The notes under the pieces were generated by a model. That model was given only the letters and a program-made list of their open reading frames with translations, did no database searches and was not told the DNA's origin. The position numbers and the translations under genes are program-made. A DNA stretch of 64,000 nt from Nitrospirota bacterium. GTDB taxonomy: Bacteria; Nitrospirota; Nitrospiria; 2-01-FULL-66-17. This document shows positions 1 through 17,216 of this stretch, piece by piece (position 1 is the first letter of the stretch; each line of letters begins with the position of its first letter). The stretch covers positions 224,001 to 288,000 of the forward strand of contig JBMOMC010000002.1 of NCBI GenBank assembly GCA_049325335.1, in the 5' to 3' direction.

Positions 1-2040
1 GACGAACAACACACCGCCCTGTCGCTGGCCGCACTCACATTGACGCCGTCGTCGGATTGCACGGACCTCAAAAGGTACTTGGAGGCGTCGTGGCTTGAAC
101 GCCTGATTTCGCCGCCCATCTCATACGCTCGCGACACCGACGGTGCGCCCGCGGTCCAGGGCGGCGTTGCGCCGGCGGGTGCGGAGTCCGCCGTGCCGGA
201 TGACGTGTCCCAGACCAACACCCATGAAGCGGGAGTGGACGAGGCGGATCTCGTGAAAGCGGACCAGAACGGCTATCTCTATGCGGTCAGCAACGGGTTT
301 CTGATCGTGGAGCGGGGATTCCCACCCCGGGAATTGCGCGAGGTCTCGCGGGTGGATTTGGACGCGCACGGGTACGCCGTGTATCTGGATGAGGTGAACC
401 GCCGTGTGGTGGTGGTCGCGATCAACCGTCAGACGTATCCGTTCCGGTCGGCGATCGCTGATACGACGATGATCCTTCCCGAGCCCGCGGCGCCCAAGGT
501 CGTGGTGATTTTCGTGGATGTGGGTGACCCCGCCGCGCCCGTGATTACCGACCGATTGTCGCTCGACGGGTACGCGGTGGGAACCAGGCGGGTGGACGAT
601 CGGATTCATGTGGTCTCGCGGTTTTGGATTCCCGAGCCCGCGGCGCTCGAAGGCAATTCGCTGCTCCGGGATTTGGCCCAACAGTATCAGGCGGCGGAGA
701 ACGCTCAGCGAGCCGATGACGCGGAGCGGATCAAACAGGAGATGCGCGACGAGATCCGCGCCGCGGTGCACGCGCTGGACGCGGGGTCGCTGCTGCCGCA
801 GGCCGAACGGCTCGGCGGAGACGTCCAACTTCTCACGTGCGCGGATGTCTACCGACCGGACGTGCAGCTCGATCCGGGCCTGCTGACGGTCACGAGCGTG
901 GATACCGACGGCGAGAACGCGTCGGCGGTCGGGATCATGAACAATGCGTGGACCGTGTATGCGAGCCCGGAGCACCTGTATGTGTCGCAATCCAGCGGGG
1001 GATGGTGGTGGCCCGGGGCGGAGGCGCAACAGACCGCGATCTACAAGTTTGCGTTGTCGGGCTGGCGTCCTGAATACCGCGCGACCGGGACGGTCGACGG
1101 CTGGGTAAAAGACCAATTCAGCTTCAGTGAATATCAAGGATACTTGCGGGTGGCGAGCACCGAGGCCCGCATCAACACGGCCACCCATCAGTGGCAGCCG
1201 ACCAACCACCTGTTCGTGCTCGGAGACGCGGGAGACGGCGCGCTCGATGTGGCGGGATCGGTCAGAGATTTCGGCGCCGGTGAGCGGATTTTCGCCGTGC
1301 GGTTCTTGGAGGATCGCGGGTTCGTGGTGACGTTTCGGCAGATCGATCCCTTGTTCGCGTTTGATCTTTCCGATCCGACCACTCCGGTTCTCAAGGGTGA
1401 AACGGAAATCCCGGGTGTGAGTACGTATCTGCACCCGATTGATGGCGACCATCTCCTGACCGTGGGGCGGGTGGGCGGCAATGTCCAACTCCAGATCTTC
1501 GACGTTCGCGACCTGGCGAACCCGGTGCGAACCCACCAGTACGTGCCGCCTGGAGCCGCGTTCAGCTACAGCGGCGCGGAGGATGACCACTTGGCGGTTA
1601 TGTACTACGCGCCGCGCAAGCTACTGGTGATGCCGTTGGTCACCGCCAATGCGGACGCCTACTTCAGCGGGATGGCGGCGTACCGGGTCGGCGTCGAGGA
1701 GGGCTTCACGGAATTGGGCCGCGTCGATCACGCCGATCTCGCTAAGGAGGCCTATTGCAGTGCGATCCAACGTGATGACGCGTGGCGTTCCGACGCGTGT
1801 GCGAACGGGTGGTACCTGTGGGGCGCGGTGCCGCGGCGATCGATCATCATGACCGGCGGCGACGAAACGTACCTCTACAGCGTGTCGGACATCGGGATCA
1901 AGGCCACCGAGGTCGAGGCTCCGGACGTGACCCTCGGACGCGTCCTGTTTCCCAATGCAGGACCGTCGTGGTGGGGGTGGTTCGGCTTTCTGGGTGCGCC
2001 GGTCAACGTGTCTGGAGCGGAGTCGGGTGGGGTGGGATGA
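1..2040 (+). CDS. Secreted beta-propeller domain protein (Beta_propel family), 5'-partial
   Basis: Frame is open from base 1. Family motifs SQTNTHEAGVDEADLVK, DQFSFSEYQGYLRVAST, GFVVTFRQIDPLF and GETEIPGVSTYLHP. Confidence 0.8.
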   Translation, partial: DEQHTALSLAALTLTPSSDCTDLKRYLEASWLERLISPPISYARDTDGAPAVQGGVAPAGAESAVPDDVSQTNTHEAGVDEADLVKADQNGYLYAVSNGFLIVERGFPPRELREVSRVDLDAHGYAVYLDEVNRRVVVVAINRQTYPFRSAIADTTMILPEPAAPKVVVIFVDVGDPAAPVITDRLSLDGYAVGTRRVDDRIHVVSRFWIPEPAALEGNSLLRDLAQQYQAAENAQRADDAERIKQEMRDEIRAAVHALDAGSLLPQAERLGGDVQLLTCADVYRPDVQLDPGLLTVTSVDTDGENASAVGIMNNAWTVYASPEHLYVSQSSGGWWWPGAEAQQTAIYKFALSGWRPEYRATGTVDGWVKDQFSFSEYQGYLRVASTEARINTATHQWQPTNHLFVLGDAGDGALDVAGSVRDFGAGERIFAVRFLEDRGFVVTFRQIDPLFAFDLSDPTTPVLKGETEIPGVSTYLHPIDGDHLLTVGRVGGNVQLQIFDVRDLANPVRTHQYVPPGAAFSYSGAEDDHLAVMYYAPRKLLVMPLVTANADAYFSGMAAYRVGVEEGFTELGRVDHADLAKEAYCSAIQRDDAWRSDACANGWYLWGAVPRRSIIMTGGDETYLYSVSDIGIKATEVEAPDVTLGRVLFPNAGPSWWGWFGFLGAPVNVSGAESGGVG

Positions 2041-2548
2041 ACTGCAACGGGGCGTGACGTTCTGCGCGCACTGCGGCGGGCAACTGCTGGTGCGGCCGCA
2101 GGCGTCGGACCAGCGGCCGCGCCCGGTGTGCTCGTCGTGCGGGCGCATCGTATACCTCGATCCCAAAGTCGCGGTCGGCGCCGTGATTCCGCACGACGGC
2201 GGGCTGGTTCTGCTCAAACGCGGAATCGAACCCGGGTACGGGAAGTGGGTGTTCCCCGGCGGGTTCGTGGATCGTGGCGAAACCTTGGAAGAAGCGGCCG
2301 CGCGCGAGACGTTCGAAGAAGTCGGCTTGGAGGTCACGGCCGATCGCTTGCTCGGCGCGTATTCCTACCGCGAGTTTCCGGTCGTGATCGTGGTCTACGT
2401 GGCCCGCGTCACGGGTGGCCGGTTGGCGGCCGGAGACGAAACGCTGGAAACGAGAACATTTTCAGTCGCCGATCTACCATGGCCGGAGTTGGCGTTCGAG
2501 AGCACCCGGCACGCGTTACACGATTATCTGAAACAACACGACGGATAA
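2027..2548 (+). CDS. NUDIX hydrolase with N-terminal zinc ribbon
   Basis: FCAHCG...CSSCG...YLDPK and Nudix box GFVDRGETLEEAAARETFEEVGL. GTG start (2027 or 2054) is uncertain. Confidence 0.85.
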   Translation: MGWDELQRGVTFCAHCGGQLLVRPQASDQRPRPVCSSCGRIVYLDPKVAVGAVIPHDGGLVLLKRGIEPGYGKWVFPGGFVDRGETLEEAAARETFEEVGLEVTADRLLGAYSYREFPVVIVVYVARVTGGRLAAGDETLETRTFSVADLPWPELAFESTRHALHDYLKQHDG

Positions 2549-2557
2549 AGGAGCCGC

Positions 2558-2848
2558 ATGGTCACGAATTACGAAGTGGACGCGTTTATCAGCTCGCTGC
2601 GGGACGAAGGGGCCGAGGTGCAGGGCCTGATCAAGAATTTTCTCAAGGTGCTCGACGACGCGCATAATCCTGACCTGGCCGCGGCCCGCAAACGGCTGCG
2701 GGAGCTGATGCAGCGCGACGCGGAGATCGGGAAGCACCAACAGGTGTGGCCGCTGCTCGCGCCGTGGTTGGTTGAAGCCCCGACGCCAGCCAAGCCGAGC
2801 AAGCCGAAGGGCACGGTCATCAAGGACATCGGTGTGGCGCCGCCGTAG
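2558..2848 (+). CDS. Hypothetical protein, 96 aa
   Basis: AAGGAG RBS before ATG, directly follows the NUDIX gene, converges on ligA. Confidence 0.7.
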   Translation: MVTNYEVDAFISSLRDEGAEVQGLIKNFLKVLDDAHNPDLAAARKRLRELMQRDAEIGKHQQVWPLLAPWLVEAPTPAKPSKPKGTVIKDIGVAPP

Positions 2849-2857
2849 GGTCGGTCG

Positions 2858-5014
<2,157 letters not shown>

Positions 5015-5043
5015 TCAGTGCCAGCGCAGAGCGCACGATGCAC

Positions 5044-5072
5044 ATTCTACCCATCCCGCGAAGTGGTCACAA
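5044..5072 (-). promoter_or_regulatory. Putative sigma70 promoter of ligA
   Basis: Minus strand reads TTGTGA-N17-TAGAAT. Confidence 0.45.
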
Positions 5073-5166
5073 GCGTCGGGCGTCGGCACGCGTCGATCCC
5101 AGAGACGTGCCGAGCAACACCTGCGGCCGTGACCGAGGTCAAGGTCGTCAGAGGTCGGGAGGCGTG

Positions 5167-5640
5167 TTACTGGGTCGTGCTCCCCCATCCGACGCGGTGG
5201 GGCACTTGGAAATGGATCGTCGCGCGTAGGCGCTGGAAATACCACGCGCCGTCGCGCCGACGGTACTCCTCGTCGTACTCGGCCAGCAGCCATGCGGCTT
5301 GACCGTCGCTGAGTCGATGCGGCATCAAGATCCACCAGTGCCCGGTGGCCTCGGTGCCGGTGTTCGCCACGTCGATGGTTTCGTTCATGACCAGGTGCTC
5401 GGCAAACGGAATAGCTGCTGAAATCTGCTGAAAAAAGTCCCGAATCGCGGCACGACCGGTGTAGGTGCCGAACGGGCCCGCGTCCCACACCGCGTCGTCA
5501 AGGAACAGCGCGGACAACCCGTCGGGATCGTATCCGCGATCACAGAGTGTGCAATACCGGTGTTTGAGCCGACGAATGGCCTCGATGTGCTCGAGCCGCT
5601 CGATGCGCGCCGCGAGATCGGAGTTCGAAGGGGCGGACAT
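5167..5640 (-). CDS. SnoaL-like / NTF2-family protein
   Basis: LEHIEAIRRLKHRYCTLCD...LFLDDAVWD...GRAAIRDFF...HLVMNETI...YDEEYRRRDGAWYF pattern. Confidence 0.85.
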   Translation of the reverse strand: MSAPSNSDLAARIERLEHIEAIRRLKHRYCTLCDRGYDPDGLSALFLDDAVWDAGPFGTYTGRAAIRDFFQQISAAIPFAEHLVMNETIDVANTGTEATGHWWILMPHRLSDGQAAWLLAEYDEEYRRRDGAWYFQRLRATIHFQVPHRVGWGSTTQ

Positions 5641-5809
5641 GTCGTTCGCTCAGACCACGTGGTGATGAGGAAACCGATCAGCGACCGGCCTGCCGAATAG
5701 CCGTCGCATTGCGGCCATCCAGGTGCGGCATGTCAAGGCGGGAACAGAAGGGCTTGGGATTGTCTGATTGTTAAAATTTTTCGGAGTTTTTTTTGCGCGA
5801 AACAATTGC

Positions 5810-5839
5810 TTGACTTCCACGACGGCCTTTTGCTATAAA
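5810..5839 (+). promoter_or_regulatory. rrn promoter P1
   Basis: TTGACT-N18-TATAAA with extended -10 TG; AT-rich UP-like tract upstream. Confidence 0.7.
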
Positions 5840-5885
5840 CCCGCCTCTCACAACGAACGCGTCGAGCTGTCGGAAGAAAAATTGC

Positions 5886-5915
5886 TTGACACTGAGATAT
5901 CTCGTGTGATCTAAT
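5886..5915 (+). promoter_or_regulatory. rrn promoter P2
   Basis: TTGACA-N18-TCTAAT with TG; A-tract upstream; same AATTGCTTGAC context as P1. Confidence 0.65.
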
Positions 5916-5936
5916 CACGCGTTCGCAGCACGAATC

Positions 5937-5956
5937 GCTCTTTGAAAACTGAATAG
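5937..5956 (+). promoter_or_regulatory. boxA antiterminator (rrn leader)
   Basis: GCTCTTTGAAAACTGAATAG; a near-identical copy lies in the spacer. Confidence 0.75.
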
Positions 5957-6031
5957 GATGTCGGGAACGCGAAGCGGGTCTATTCAATTTCTGTAAACCT
6001 TGCTCAACGAGCAAAGGATAGCTTTCACGAT

Positions 6032-7597
<1,566 letters not shown>

Positions 7598-7755
7598 GGA
7601 GACGTTCGTGATGGCCTCGCTTCGGCGAGGGGTATCACGCCAGTCTCTGGTCGATCCCGCTTTGCACCCGACATCCTATTGAGCGTTCGAAGGCACGTGG
7701 GCCTTCGGAGTCGCCGTTGACGGCGCCTCTCGACGGGAGAATGACGTCCAGATAC

Positions 7756-7832
7756 GGGCCTATAGCTCAGTTGGTTAGAGCACACGCCTGATAAGCGTGA
7801 GGTCCCTGGTTCAACTCCAGGTAGGCCCACCA
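7756..7832 (+). tRNA. tRNA-Ile(GAT)
   Basis: Cloverleaf, anticodon loop CTGATAA, encoded CCA. Confidence 0.97.
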
Positions 7833-7867
7833 CACCGAGCTTGCTGAGCGCAACTGGCTTGGCAGTC

Positions 7868-7940
7868 GGGGCTGTAGCTCAGTTGGGAGAGCACCTGCTT
7901 TGCAAGCAGGGGGTCGGCGGTTCGATCCCGCTCAGCTCCA
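7868..7940 (+). tRNA. tRNA-Ala(TGC)
   Basis: GGGGCTG/CAGCTCC acceptor stem with G3:U70, anticodon loop TTTGCAA; CCA not encoded. Confidence 0.97.
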
Positions 7941-8060
7941 CTGCTCGCGGATCGCGGGCAGGATGGGAGTAGGGATGGGATCTCGACGCAACGGCTCGGC
8001 AGCCGATCGATTCGATCGAGCGCAACACGTGGCAGTTCGCACCGGGTCATCGGTGCAGCG

Positions 8061-8080
8061 GTTCTTTGACAACTGAATAG
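8061..8080 (+). promoter_or_regulatory. boxA antiterminator (spacer)
   Basis: GTTCTTTGACAACTGAATAG. Confidence 0.7.
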
Positions 8081-8145
8081 ATGGCACAATCGCGTTTTTT
8101 CCATGTGCAGTAGAACAAAGCCTCAGTGATCAGAGGCAACGATTT

Positions 8146-11155
<3,010 letters not shown>

Positions 11156-11199
11156 ATTTCGTGCCTTTGATCAGTGCGGTTTTGTGCGATTGTGCGGTT

Positions 11200-11317
<118 letters not shown>

Positions 11318-11324
11318 ATAACAT

Positions 11325-11367
11325 CACGAGCCCTTCCTGACATTCAGGAAGGGCTCGTGTCATTTTT
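11325..11367 (+). terminator. Intrinsic terminator of the rrn operon
   Basis: Perfect 16-bp stem CACGAGCCCTTCCTGA/TCAGGAAGGGCTCGTG followed by TCATTTTT. Confidence 0.85.
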
Positions 11368-11485
11368 GCGCTCGCCCGTGGCGGCCGCATGACGCGTTGA
11401 TTTGCCGCGGCTGCTGGTTGTATGATGCCCCGGCCGTTTGGACCAACCCGGCTGTGTGGGCCGCGATTCCGTCGGAGGACGCTTC

Positions 11486-12865
11486 ATGCCCGAACGCATT
11501 TTGGTCGTGGACGATGATGCTCAGGCGCGGGACGTGTTGGCCTATGCGTTACGGCGTCACGGCTACGACGTCACGGAACGCGCTGATCCGGCCGACGCCA
11601 TCCAAGCGTGTCGCGACACCCCCTTCGACGTCCTGTTTACCGATCTGAAAATGCCGGGGATGGACGGGGTCGCCCTGTTCCAGCAGGCGCGCGCGATCCT
11701 TCCGCGGTTGGTGGGGATCGTGGTCACCGGACACGGCACGATCGATTCGGCCGTCCGCGCGCTCCGGGAAGGGCTGTTCGACTATATCACCAAGCCGTTT
11801 CTGGTGGACGAGGTCGTCGCCGCGCTGCAACGCGCGTTGGAATTTCGTCGGTTGGTCGACGAAAACAAATCGCTGAAGCGACAGCTCCAGACCAAATACC
11901 ATTACGATCGCTTTTTGGGGCACAGCGAGGCCATGGCCCGCGTGTTTTCGCTGATCGAGCGGGTCGCCGAGACCGACAGCACCGTGCTGATCCTCGGCGA
12001 AAGCGGCACGGGCAAGGAATTGGTCGCGCGGACCATCCACTTTAACGGTCCGCGTGCGGACAAGCCGTTGATCCCGGTCAACTGCGGCGCGATCCCGGAC
12101 TCCTTATTGGAGAGCGAACTGTTCGGGCACGAACGCGGGGCGTTTACCGGCGCGCACGCCACCAGGATCGGACGGTTCGAACTGGCCCACGGCGGCACGA
12201 TCTTTCTGGATGAGATCGGCGACATGAGTCAGACCCTGCAGGTCAAGCTGCTGCGGGTGCTGCAAGAGCGGTGTTTTGAGCGCGTCGGGGGGACCAAGAC
12301 GATCCAGGTTGACGTGCGGGTGTTGGCCGCCACGAATCGCGATCTCGAACAGGCGGTGCGCGAGGGGCGTTTTCGCGAGGATTTGTATTACCGGCTGAAC
12401 GTGATCCCGATCATCATTCCTCCGCTGCGTGATCGTACCGAGGATATTCCGCTGTTGTTCGAGCATTTCCTGGAATCCTTCAACGCTCAGAAACACAAGG
12501 CCGTTTCAGGCATCGCGCCCGAGGCGATGCGTCGGTTGGTCACGTATGCCTGGCCCGGCAATGTCCGCGAGTTGGAAAACCTGGTCGAGCGGTTGGTGAT
12601 TCTGAAGGGCCAGGGCCTCCTGACGCTGGAGGATCTGCCCGACAAAGTGGTCCGCGGCGATTCGCCGGCCGTGCCGGTGGTAGTGTTTCCGGCGGACGGC
12701 GTGGATTTGAACCGGTTGGTCGAGGCGTTTGAGGAAGATTTGATTCAGCGCGCGCTCAAGGCGGCCGGCGGCGTGAAGAATCGGGCGGCGCAGTTGCTGC
12801 GCCTCAATCGGACCACGTTGGTGGAGAAGATGAAAAAGGCCGCGCGCACGATGCCGCACCACTAG
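11486..12865 (+). CDS. Sigma54-dependent response regulator (REC-AAA+-HTH; NtrC family with FleQ-like HTH)
   Basis: GGAGG RBS; receiver domain; [49 protein letters not shown]. Confidence 0.93.
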   Translation: MPERILVVDDDAQARDVLAYALRRHGYDVTERADPADAIQACRDTPFDVLFTDLKMPGMDGVALFQQARAILPRLVGIVVTGHGTIDSAVRALREGLFDYITKPFLVDEVVAALQRALEFRRLVDENKSLKRQLQTKYHYDRFLGHSEAMARVFSLIERVAETDSTVLILGESGTGKELVARTIHFNGPRADKPLIPVNCGAIPDSLLESELFGHERGAFTGAHATRIGRFELAHGGTIFLDEIGDMSQTLQVKLLRVLQERCFERVGGTKTIQVDVRVLAATNRDLEQAVREGRFREDLYYRLNVIPIIIPPLRDRTEDIPLLFEHFLESFNAQKHKAVSGIAPEAMRRLVTYAWPGNVRELENLVERLVILKGQGLLTLEDLPDKVVRGDSPAVPVVVFPADGVDLNRLVEAFEEDLIQRALKAAGGVKNRAAQLLRLNRTTLVEKMKKAARTMPHH

Positions 12866-13002
12866 CGCGGGCCGCTCACACCGTTCCTCCGCGGCGTTGC
12901 CGCCGCGCGGGGCATTCCGCCCCATCCCCTCACGCGCCCCTCCGCGCGGCGTTTCTCCGCGATACTTGTCAGACGAAAACCTTTTGTTACACTCAATCGC
13001 GT

Positions 13003-13470
13003 ATGGCAATCCCACGACACACGCACTCGACCGACGGCGCCGAGGACTCGGGCGTCATCGACTTTGCGCGTCGGGTCGAGCAGGGGTTGAGCGAAGACCT
13101 CAAGCGCCTCCATGCGGACCTGATCGAAGAGGAGAGTCGGCTCACCGCGCTGGAGGAGATTCGTCGGCATTCCATGCGCGACTTCGAGACGCTGAGCGAA
13201 CAAGGCGTCACCACGATTGAAGCCGCGATGTACTACACCCTGTTCCATCACTTAACGCAAGAGATCTCGATGCAGGGGCGCCTCGTGGTCAACGCGCGAC
13301 TCCGGGTGTCCGACAAACAAACCGCGGTACGGGCCGCGCGAGAAGACCGGCTGGTTGCCGAACGACGGTACAGCGGGCCCGCGTCCCCCGGGATGCGCCA
13401 GGTCTCGGCCACTCCGTCGCGCTGCGGGGCCTGGGCGTCTCACCGGCCCGCGCTGAAGAAAGCGTCGTGA
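13003..13470 (+). CDS. Divergent FliJ-like coiled-coil protein
   Basis: About 150 aa helical hairpin with YYTLFHHLTQEISMQ and AREDRLVAE segments in the FliJ pattern; flagellar regulators nearby. Confidence 0.5.
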   Translation: MAIPRHTHSTDGAEDSGVIDFARRVEQGLSEDLKRLHADLIEEESRLTALEEIRRHSMRDFETLSEQGVTTIEAAMYYTLFHHLTQEISMQGRLVVNARLRVSDKQTAVRAAREDRLVAERRYSGPASPGMRQVSATPSRCGAWASHRPALKKAS

Positions 13471-13507
13471 GCGAGCCAGCAGTAACTGCCAGTGGGTTGT
13501 TCACTGG

Positions 13508-15286
13508 GTGCCGCGACGCGTTATCCTATCCGCCGTGGTTCGCGACATGGAGCATGGAGTAAGACCGACAGCAGGGACCGGAGGGTTGGCTTGGCCGCGG
13601 CGGGACCCGTCCATTGGGACCAAGGGTTTCATCCGGCGGCTCATCATCGCGTTTGGGTTGATCGTCCTTCTCCCGTTGTTGGTGATGGTGTATCTCCACA
13701 CCCACGGCCGGGAAGTCTCGTTCCCCCTCATTCTGTTCAGCACGTCGGCGGTCTCGATCCTCGGTTTTTACGTGGTGTGGGAGATGATGACCCGCGTGAT
13801 CGCGCTGCTCCAAGACATTAGACGGCCCAACGGGAACACGCATGATGTGGATCAGCATTCGGTGGGGGACGAACAGTCGGTCTCGCAACTGATCCACCGG
13901 ATGCAGGCAAATATGGCGGAGCTTGAAACCAAAGCCAGCCTGCTCGATGAAACCGAACGACGGTTAGGCGACGCGACCATGTATTCGGCGCAGGTCATCG
14001 CGTCGATTCCCGATTTTGTGATCGTGACCACCCCCCAATTGGAGATGAAGACAGTCAACGCGTCGATTCAAACCGGGCTTGGGTATCAAGCCGATGAGCT
14101 GAGTGGTCGTCCGATCGAAACCCTCGTGCGGGGAACGGCCGGTGGAGACATGTTGCTCACGTCGCAAGAGATGGATCAACTCACGCAGGCGGGAATGCTC
14201 TGGGGCAAGAGCGGGATGTTGCGGAGCCGAGATGGGGAGGGCATTCCAGTCCAGATCAACTTCTCGGTGATCAAGGACGTGGCCGGTCGATTGAACGGTA
14301 TCGTCATTGTCGCGCGCGACATCCGAGAGACGCTGCGGTTGGTGGCGGATCTTCAACAAGCGAAGGCCACGCTGGAGGAACGAGTCAGGCAACGTACCGT
14401 GGAGATCGAAGACGCGTTGCGCGAGCGGGAGAAGGCGCACCGTGAGCTTACGCGGAAGGACGATCAACTCATCCGTCAGGAAAAAATGGCTTCGTTGGGA
14501 CAGCTCGCTGCGGGCGTTGCCCATGAGATCAATAATCCGGTTGGGTTTGTCAACAGTAACCTCCAGATGCTGCAGACGTACCTGGGTGATCTCACCCAAT
14601 ACGCTGAACGCACCAGGGCATTACTTGCCCAACTGGCCGGCGGTAACTTACGGGCATCGGAGGTCGAGCAGGTCCGAAACCTTGTTCAATGGGGTGAACA
14701 GGTGCAACTGCCTCAGACAATCGAGGATGCGAGACAGTCCGTGATGGAATCGATCGAAGGCCTTCATCGGGTCAAGAAGATCGTGTCGGCGCTCCGGGAA
14801 TTCTCCCACGCGGATCAGGACGAGCCGGCGTGGTCAGACCTAAATGAGGGGCTGGAAAGTACGATCAATATTGTATGGAACGAATTGAAGTATAAGGTCA
14901 CGCTCCATCGTGATTTCGGCGCCCTCCCCAAGGTGCTGTGTTACCCGCATCAGGTGAACCAGGTTTTCATGAACCTCCTGATGAATGCGGCGCAAGCGAT
15001 TCCGGATCGCGGAGAGATCTGTGTGAAGACCTGGGCTACCGCCGACAGTGTATTCATCGATATCCGCGATACGGGCACAGGGATATCCGAGGAACACCTC
15101 TCCAAAATTTTCGACCCGTTTTTTACGACGAAGCCCATCGGGCATGGTACGGGGTTGGGATTGAGCATCGTGTACGGAATCGTTGAGCGTCATGGGGGCG
15201 GTATCCGAGTCGACAGTGCGAAGGGTGAAGGGACGACGTTCCACGTGTCGTTCCCCATCGAACGCGTAGTGAAAGTCGCCGCCTGA
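13508..15286 (+). CDS. Membrane-bound PAS sensor histidine kinase
   Basis: Two TM helices, PAS, H-box LAAGVAHEINNP, N-box QVFMNLLMNA, DTGTG, FDPFFTTK, GTGLGL. Start uncertain (13508 or 13547). Confidence 0.92.
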   Translation: MPRRVILSAVVRDMEHGVRPTAGTGGLAWPRRDPSIGTKGFIRRLIIAFGLIVLLPLLVMVYLHTHGREVSFPLILFSTSAVSILGFYVVWEMMTRVIALLQDIRRPNGNTHDVDQHSVGDEQSVSQLIHRMQANMAELETKASLLDETERRLGDATMYSAQVIASIPDFVIVTTPQLEMKTVNASIQTGLGYQADELSGRPIETLVRGTAGGDMLLTSQEMDQLTQAGMLWGKSGMLRSRDGEGIPVQINFSVIKDVAGRLNGIVIVARDIRETLRLVADLQQAKATLEERVRQRTVEIEDALREREKAHRELTRKDDQLIRQEKMASLGQLAAGVAHEINNPVGFVNSNLQMLQTYLGDLTQYAERTRALLAQLAGGNLRASEVEQVRNLVQWGEQVQLPQTIEDARQSVMESIEGLHRVKKIVSALREFSHADQDEPAWSDLNEGLESTINIVWNELKYKVTLHRDFGALPKVLCYPHQVNQVFMNLLMNAAQAIPDRGEICVKTWATADSVFIDIRDTGTGISEEHLSKIFDPFFTTKPIGHGTGLGLSIVYGIVERHGGGIRVDSAKGEGTTFHVSFPIERVVKVAA

Positions 15287-15313
15287 TGATCGGAGTATGG
15301 GAGTGAGCAGGTC

Positions 15314-15841
15314 ATGAGTCAGAAGCCAACGATCTTGGTGGTCGACGATGAACCAGCGGTTCGCGCATCGCTTCGCCGGTTGTTTGCCCGTGAGCAGTAC
15401 GCGGTGCTGGAGGCCGGAGGAGTGCAGGAAGCAATCATGTCGATGGGGACGGCCCAGGTCGACCTCGTCATTACGGATTATGCCATGCCCGATGGAACCG
15501 GACTGGATCTCCTGTTAATGCTGAAACAGCGATACCCCCATGTGGTTCGAATGATCATCACGGGGAAAGCGGATCTGAACGCGGTCATTGCGGCGATCAA
15601 TGATGGTCATGTATACCGATTCGTGTTAAAGCCGTGGGACAACGAGGACCTGTGCCTATCGGTACGATTGGCACTGGAACAAGCCAAACTTCTGTCAGAG
15701 AAGCGAGAACTCGTCGGACGGTTGGAGGACCAAGAGCGAACTTTACGGACGCTTGCCAAGCAGTATCCGGGGATTACGGCGGTCGACTGGGACGCGGACG
15801 GCGCGATCGTGCTTGATGATCCCGACGAGGAGGCAGCGTGA
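15314..15841 (+). CDS. Response regulator (receiver plus short coiled coil)
   Basis: ILVVDDE, TDYAMP, KPW. Confidence 0.9.
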   Translation: MSQKPTILVVDDEPAVRASLRRLFAREQYAVLEAGGVQEAIMSMGTAQVDLVITDYAMPDGTGLDLLLMLKQRYPHVVRMIITGKADLNAVIAAINDGHVYRFVLKPWDNEDLCLSVRLALEQAKLLSEKRELVGRLEDQERTLRTLAKQYPGITAVDWDADGAIVLDDPDEEAA

Positions 15842-15848
15842 GGAACAC

Positions 15849-16919
15849 ATGGGTGAGTTGAACCGGTTGTTGATAGTCGACGACGAGCCATTCGTCTTGA
15901 GCTCGCTGACGCGGTTGTTGCGCCGCGACGGGTATGAGGTGATGACGGCGGATGCGCCCAGTCGCGGGCTCGCCATGTTGGAGCAAGGCTCGGTTGGTGT
16001 GATCATCTCGGATTACCGGATGCCTGAAATGGATGGGGTCCAATTGCTGCGGCGAGCCCGTGAAGTGGCGCCTCATGCGATCCGGATTATTCTCAGCGGC
16101 TATGCGGAAACCCATGCGATCCTGTCCGCGGTTAATGACGGCGGGATTCACAAATATTTGACCAAACCTTGGAACGACGAGCAGGTGCGCCTAGAGATCA
16201 AGTCCGGTTTCGAACTCTATCATCTCGCGGCCACCAACCGCGAGTTGCAAGAGAGGCTTAGTCGTCAGAATGAGGAATTGAGGACGCTCGCACAGTCGCT
16301 GGCCGTTGAACAGGCTCGCCAGCGCGAGATCTTTAGCGCGACAATCGAAATGCTCGTGTCGCTTCCCAGGCTCAAGCGCCCCAAGGAGACGCTCAATGGT
16401 GATCGCACGCAGGTGGTCTGCCGGGCGATTGGTGAACGTCTTGGATTGGATGACACTCGGTTGAGCCACCTGGATCTCGCCGCGCGGCTGCACGACGTGG
16501 GGAATCTGGGGGTGGACCCGATGATTCTGCTCAAGAACGGGCCCCTGGATTCCGAAGAGACACATGCGGTTCAGCAGCACGCGGTGGTTCCTGGACAATT
16601 ACTCAGCGGAGTGCCTGGCATGGAGACCGTCGTGCGGGTCCTGCGGTCACACCACGAGAATTTCGACGGGTCCGGGTACCCTGAGGGGTTGTCGGGCGCG
16701 GCGATCCCGGAACTGTCCCGCGTGCTTCGTCTTGGCGATACGTATCAGGCGCTTCGTTCTCGCCGGCCCTATCGGGAGCCGATGACCCCTGTGCAGGCGA
16801 TGATGCACATCGAGCGGGAGGCCGGACGAGCGTTCGATCCCACGCTGATCGAACCGTTGACGCACGCCATTGCGGGCATCGAGGGCGTGCGGTCGAACGA
16901 TGTGAAGATGAGCCGGTAA
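15849..16919 (+). CDS. Response regulator with HD-GYP c-di-GMP phosphodiesterase domain
   Basis: REC domain; LHDVG, HHENFDGSGYP, RPYR; GAGG RBS before ATG 15849. Confidence 0.9.
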   Translation: MGELNRLLIVDDEPFVLSSLTRLLRRDGYEVMTADAPSRGLAMLEQGSVGVIISDYRMPEMDGVQLLRRAREVAPHAIRIILSGYAETHAILSAVNDGGIHKYLTKPWNDEQVRLEIKSGFELYHLAATNRELQERLSRQNEELRTLAQSLAVEQARQREIFSATIEMLVSLPRLKRPKETLNGDRTQVVCRAIGERLGLDDTRLSHLDLAARLHDVGNLGVDPMILLKNGPLDSEETHAVQQHAVVPGQLLSGVPGMETVVRVLRSHHENFDGSGYPEGLSGAAIPELSRVLRLGDTYQALRSRRPYREPMTPVQAMMHIEREAGRAFDPTLIEPLTHAIAGIEGVRSNDVKMSR

Positions 16920-16955
16920 CGCCGGCGGCGCATTTGGCATCCAAGGAGGGCGATC

Positions 16956-17216
16956 GTGTTGGTGCTGACGAGGCGAGTGGAAGAAGGGATCATGATCGGC
17001 GATCAGGTCCGGGTGCGCGTCCTGGAGATCAAAGGTCACCAGGTCAAACTCGGGATCGAGGCGCCGCGGAGCACCGGCGTGTATCGCGAGGAAATTTATC
17101 AACGCATCCAGGACGAAAACCGGCGCGCCACGCAGGCCCCCCAACACTCCGGCGTGTTGTCGACGTTGTGGCGAGAGTGGCGAACCCGCGGCGGGGATGA
17201 GGAGAAAAAATCGTGA
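16956..17216 (+). CDS. csrA: Carbon storage regulator CsrA
   Basis: MLVLTRR...IMIGD...VKLGIEAP...REEIY; N55xxA plus C-terminal extension; AAGGAGG RBS. Confidence 0.95.
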   Translation: MLVLTRRVEEGIMIGDQVRVRVLEIKGHQVKLGIEAPRSTGVYREEIYQRIQDENRRATQAPQHSGVLSTLWREWRTRGGDEEKKS

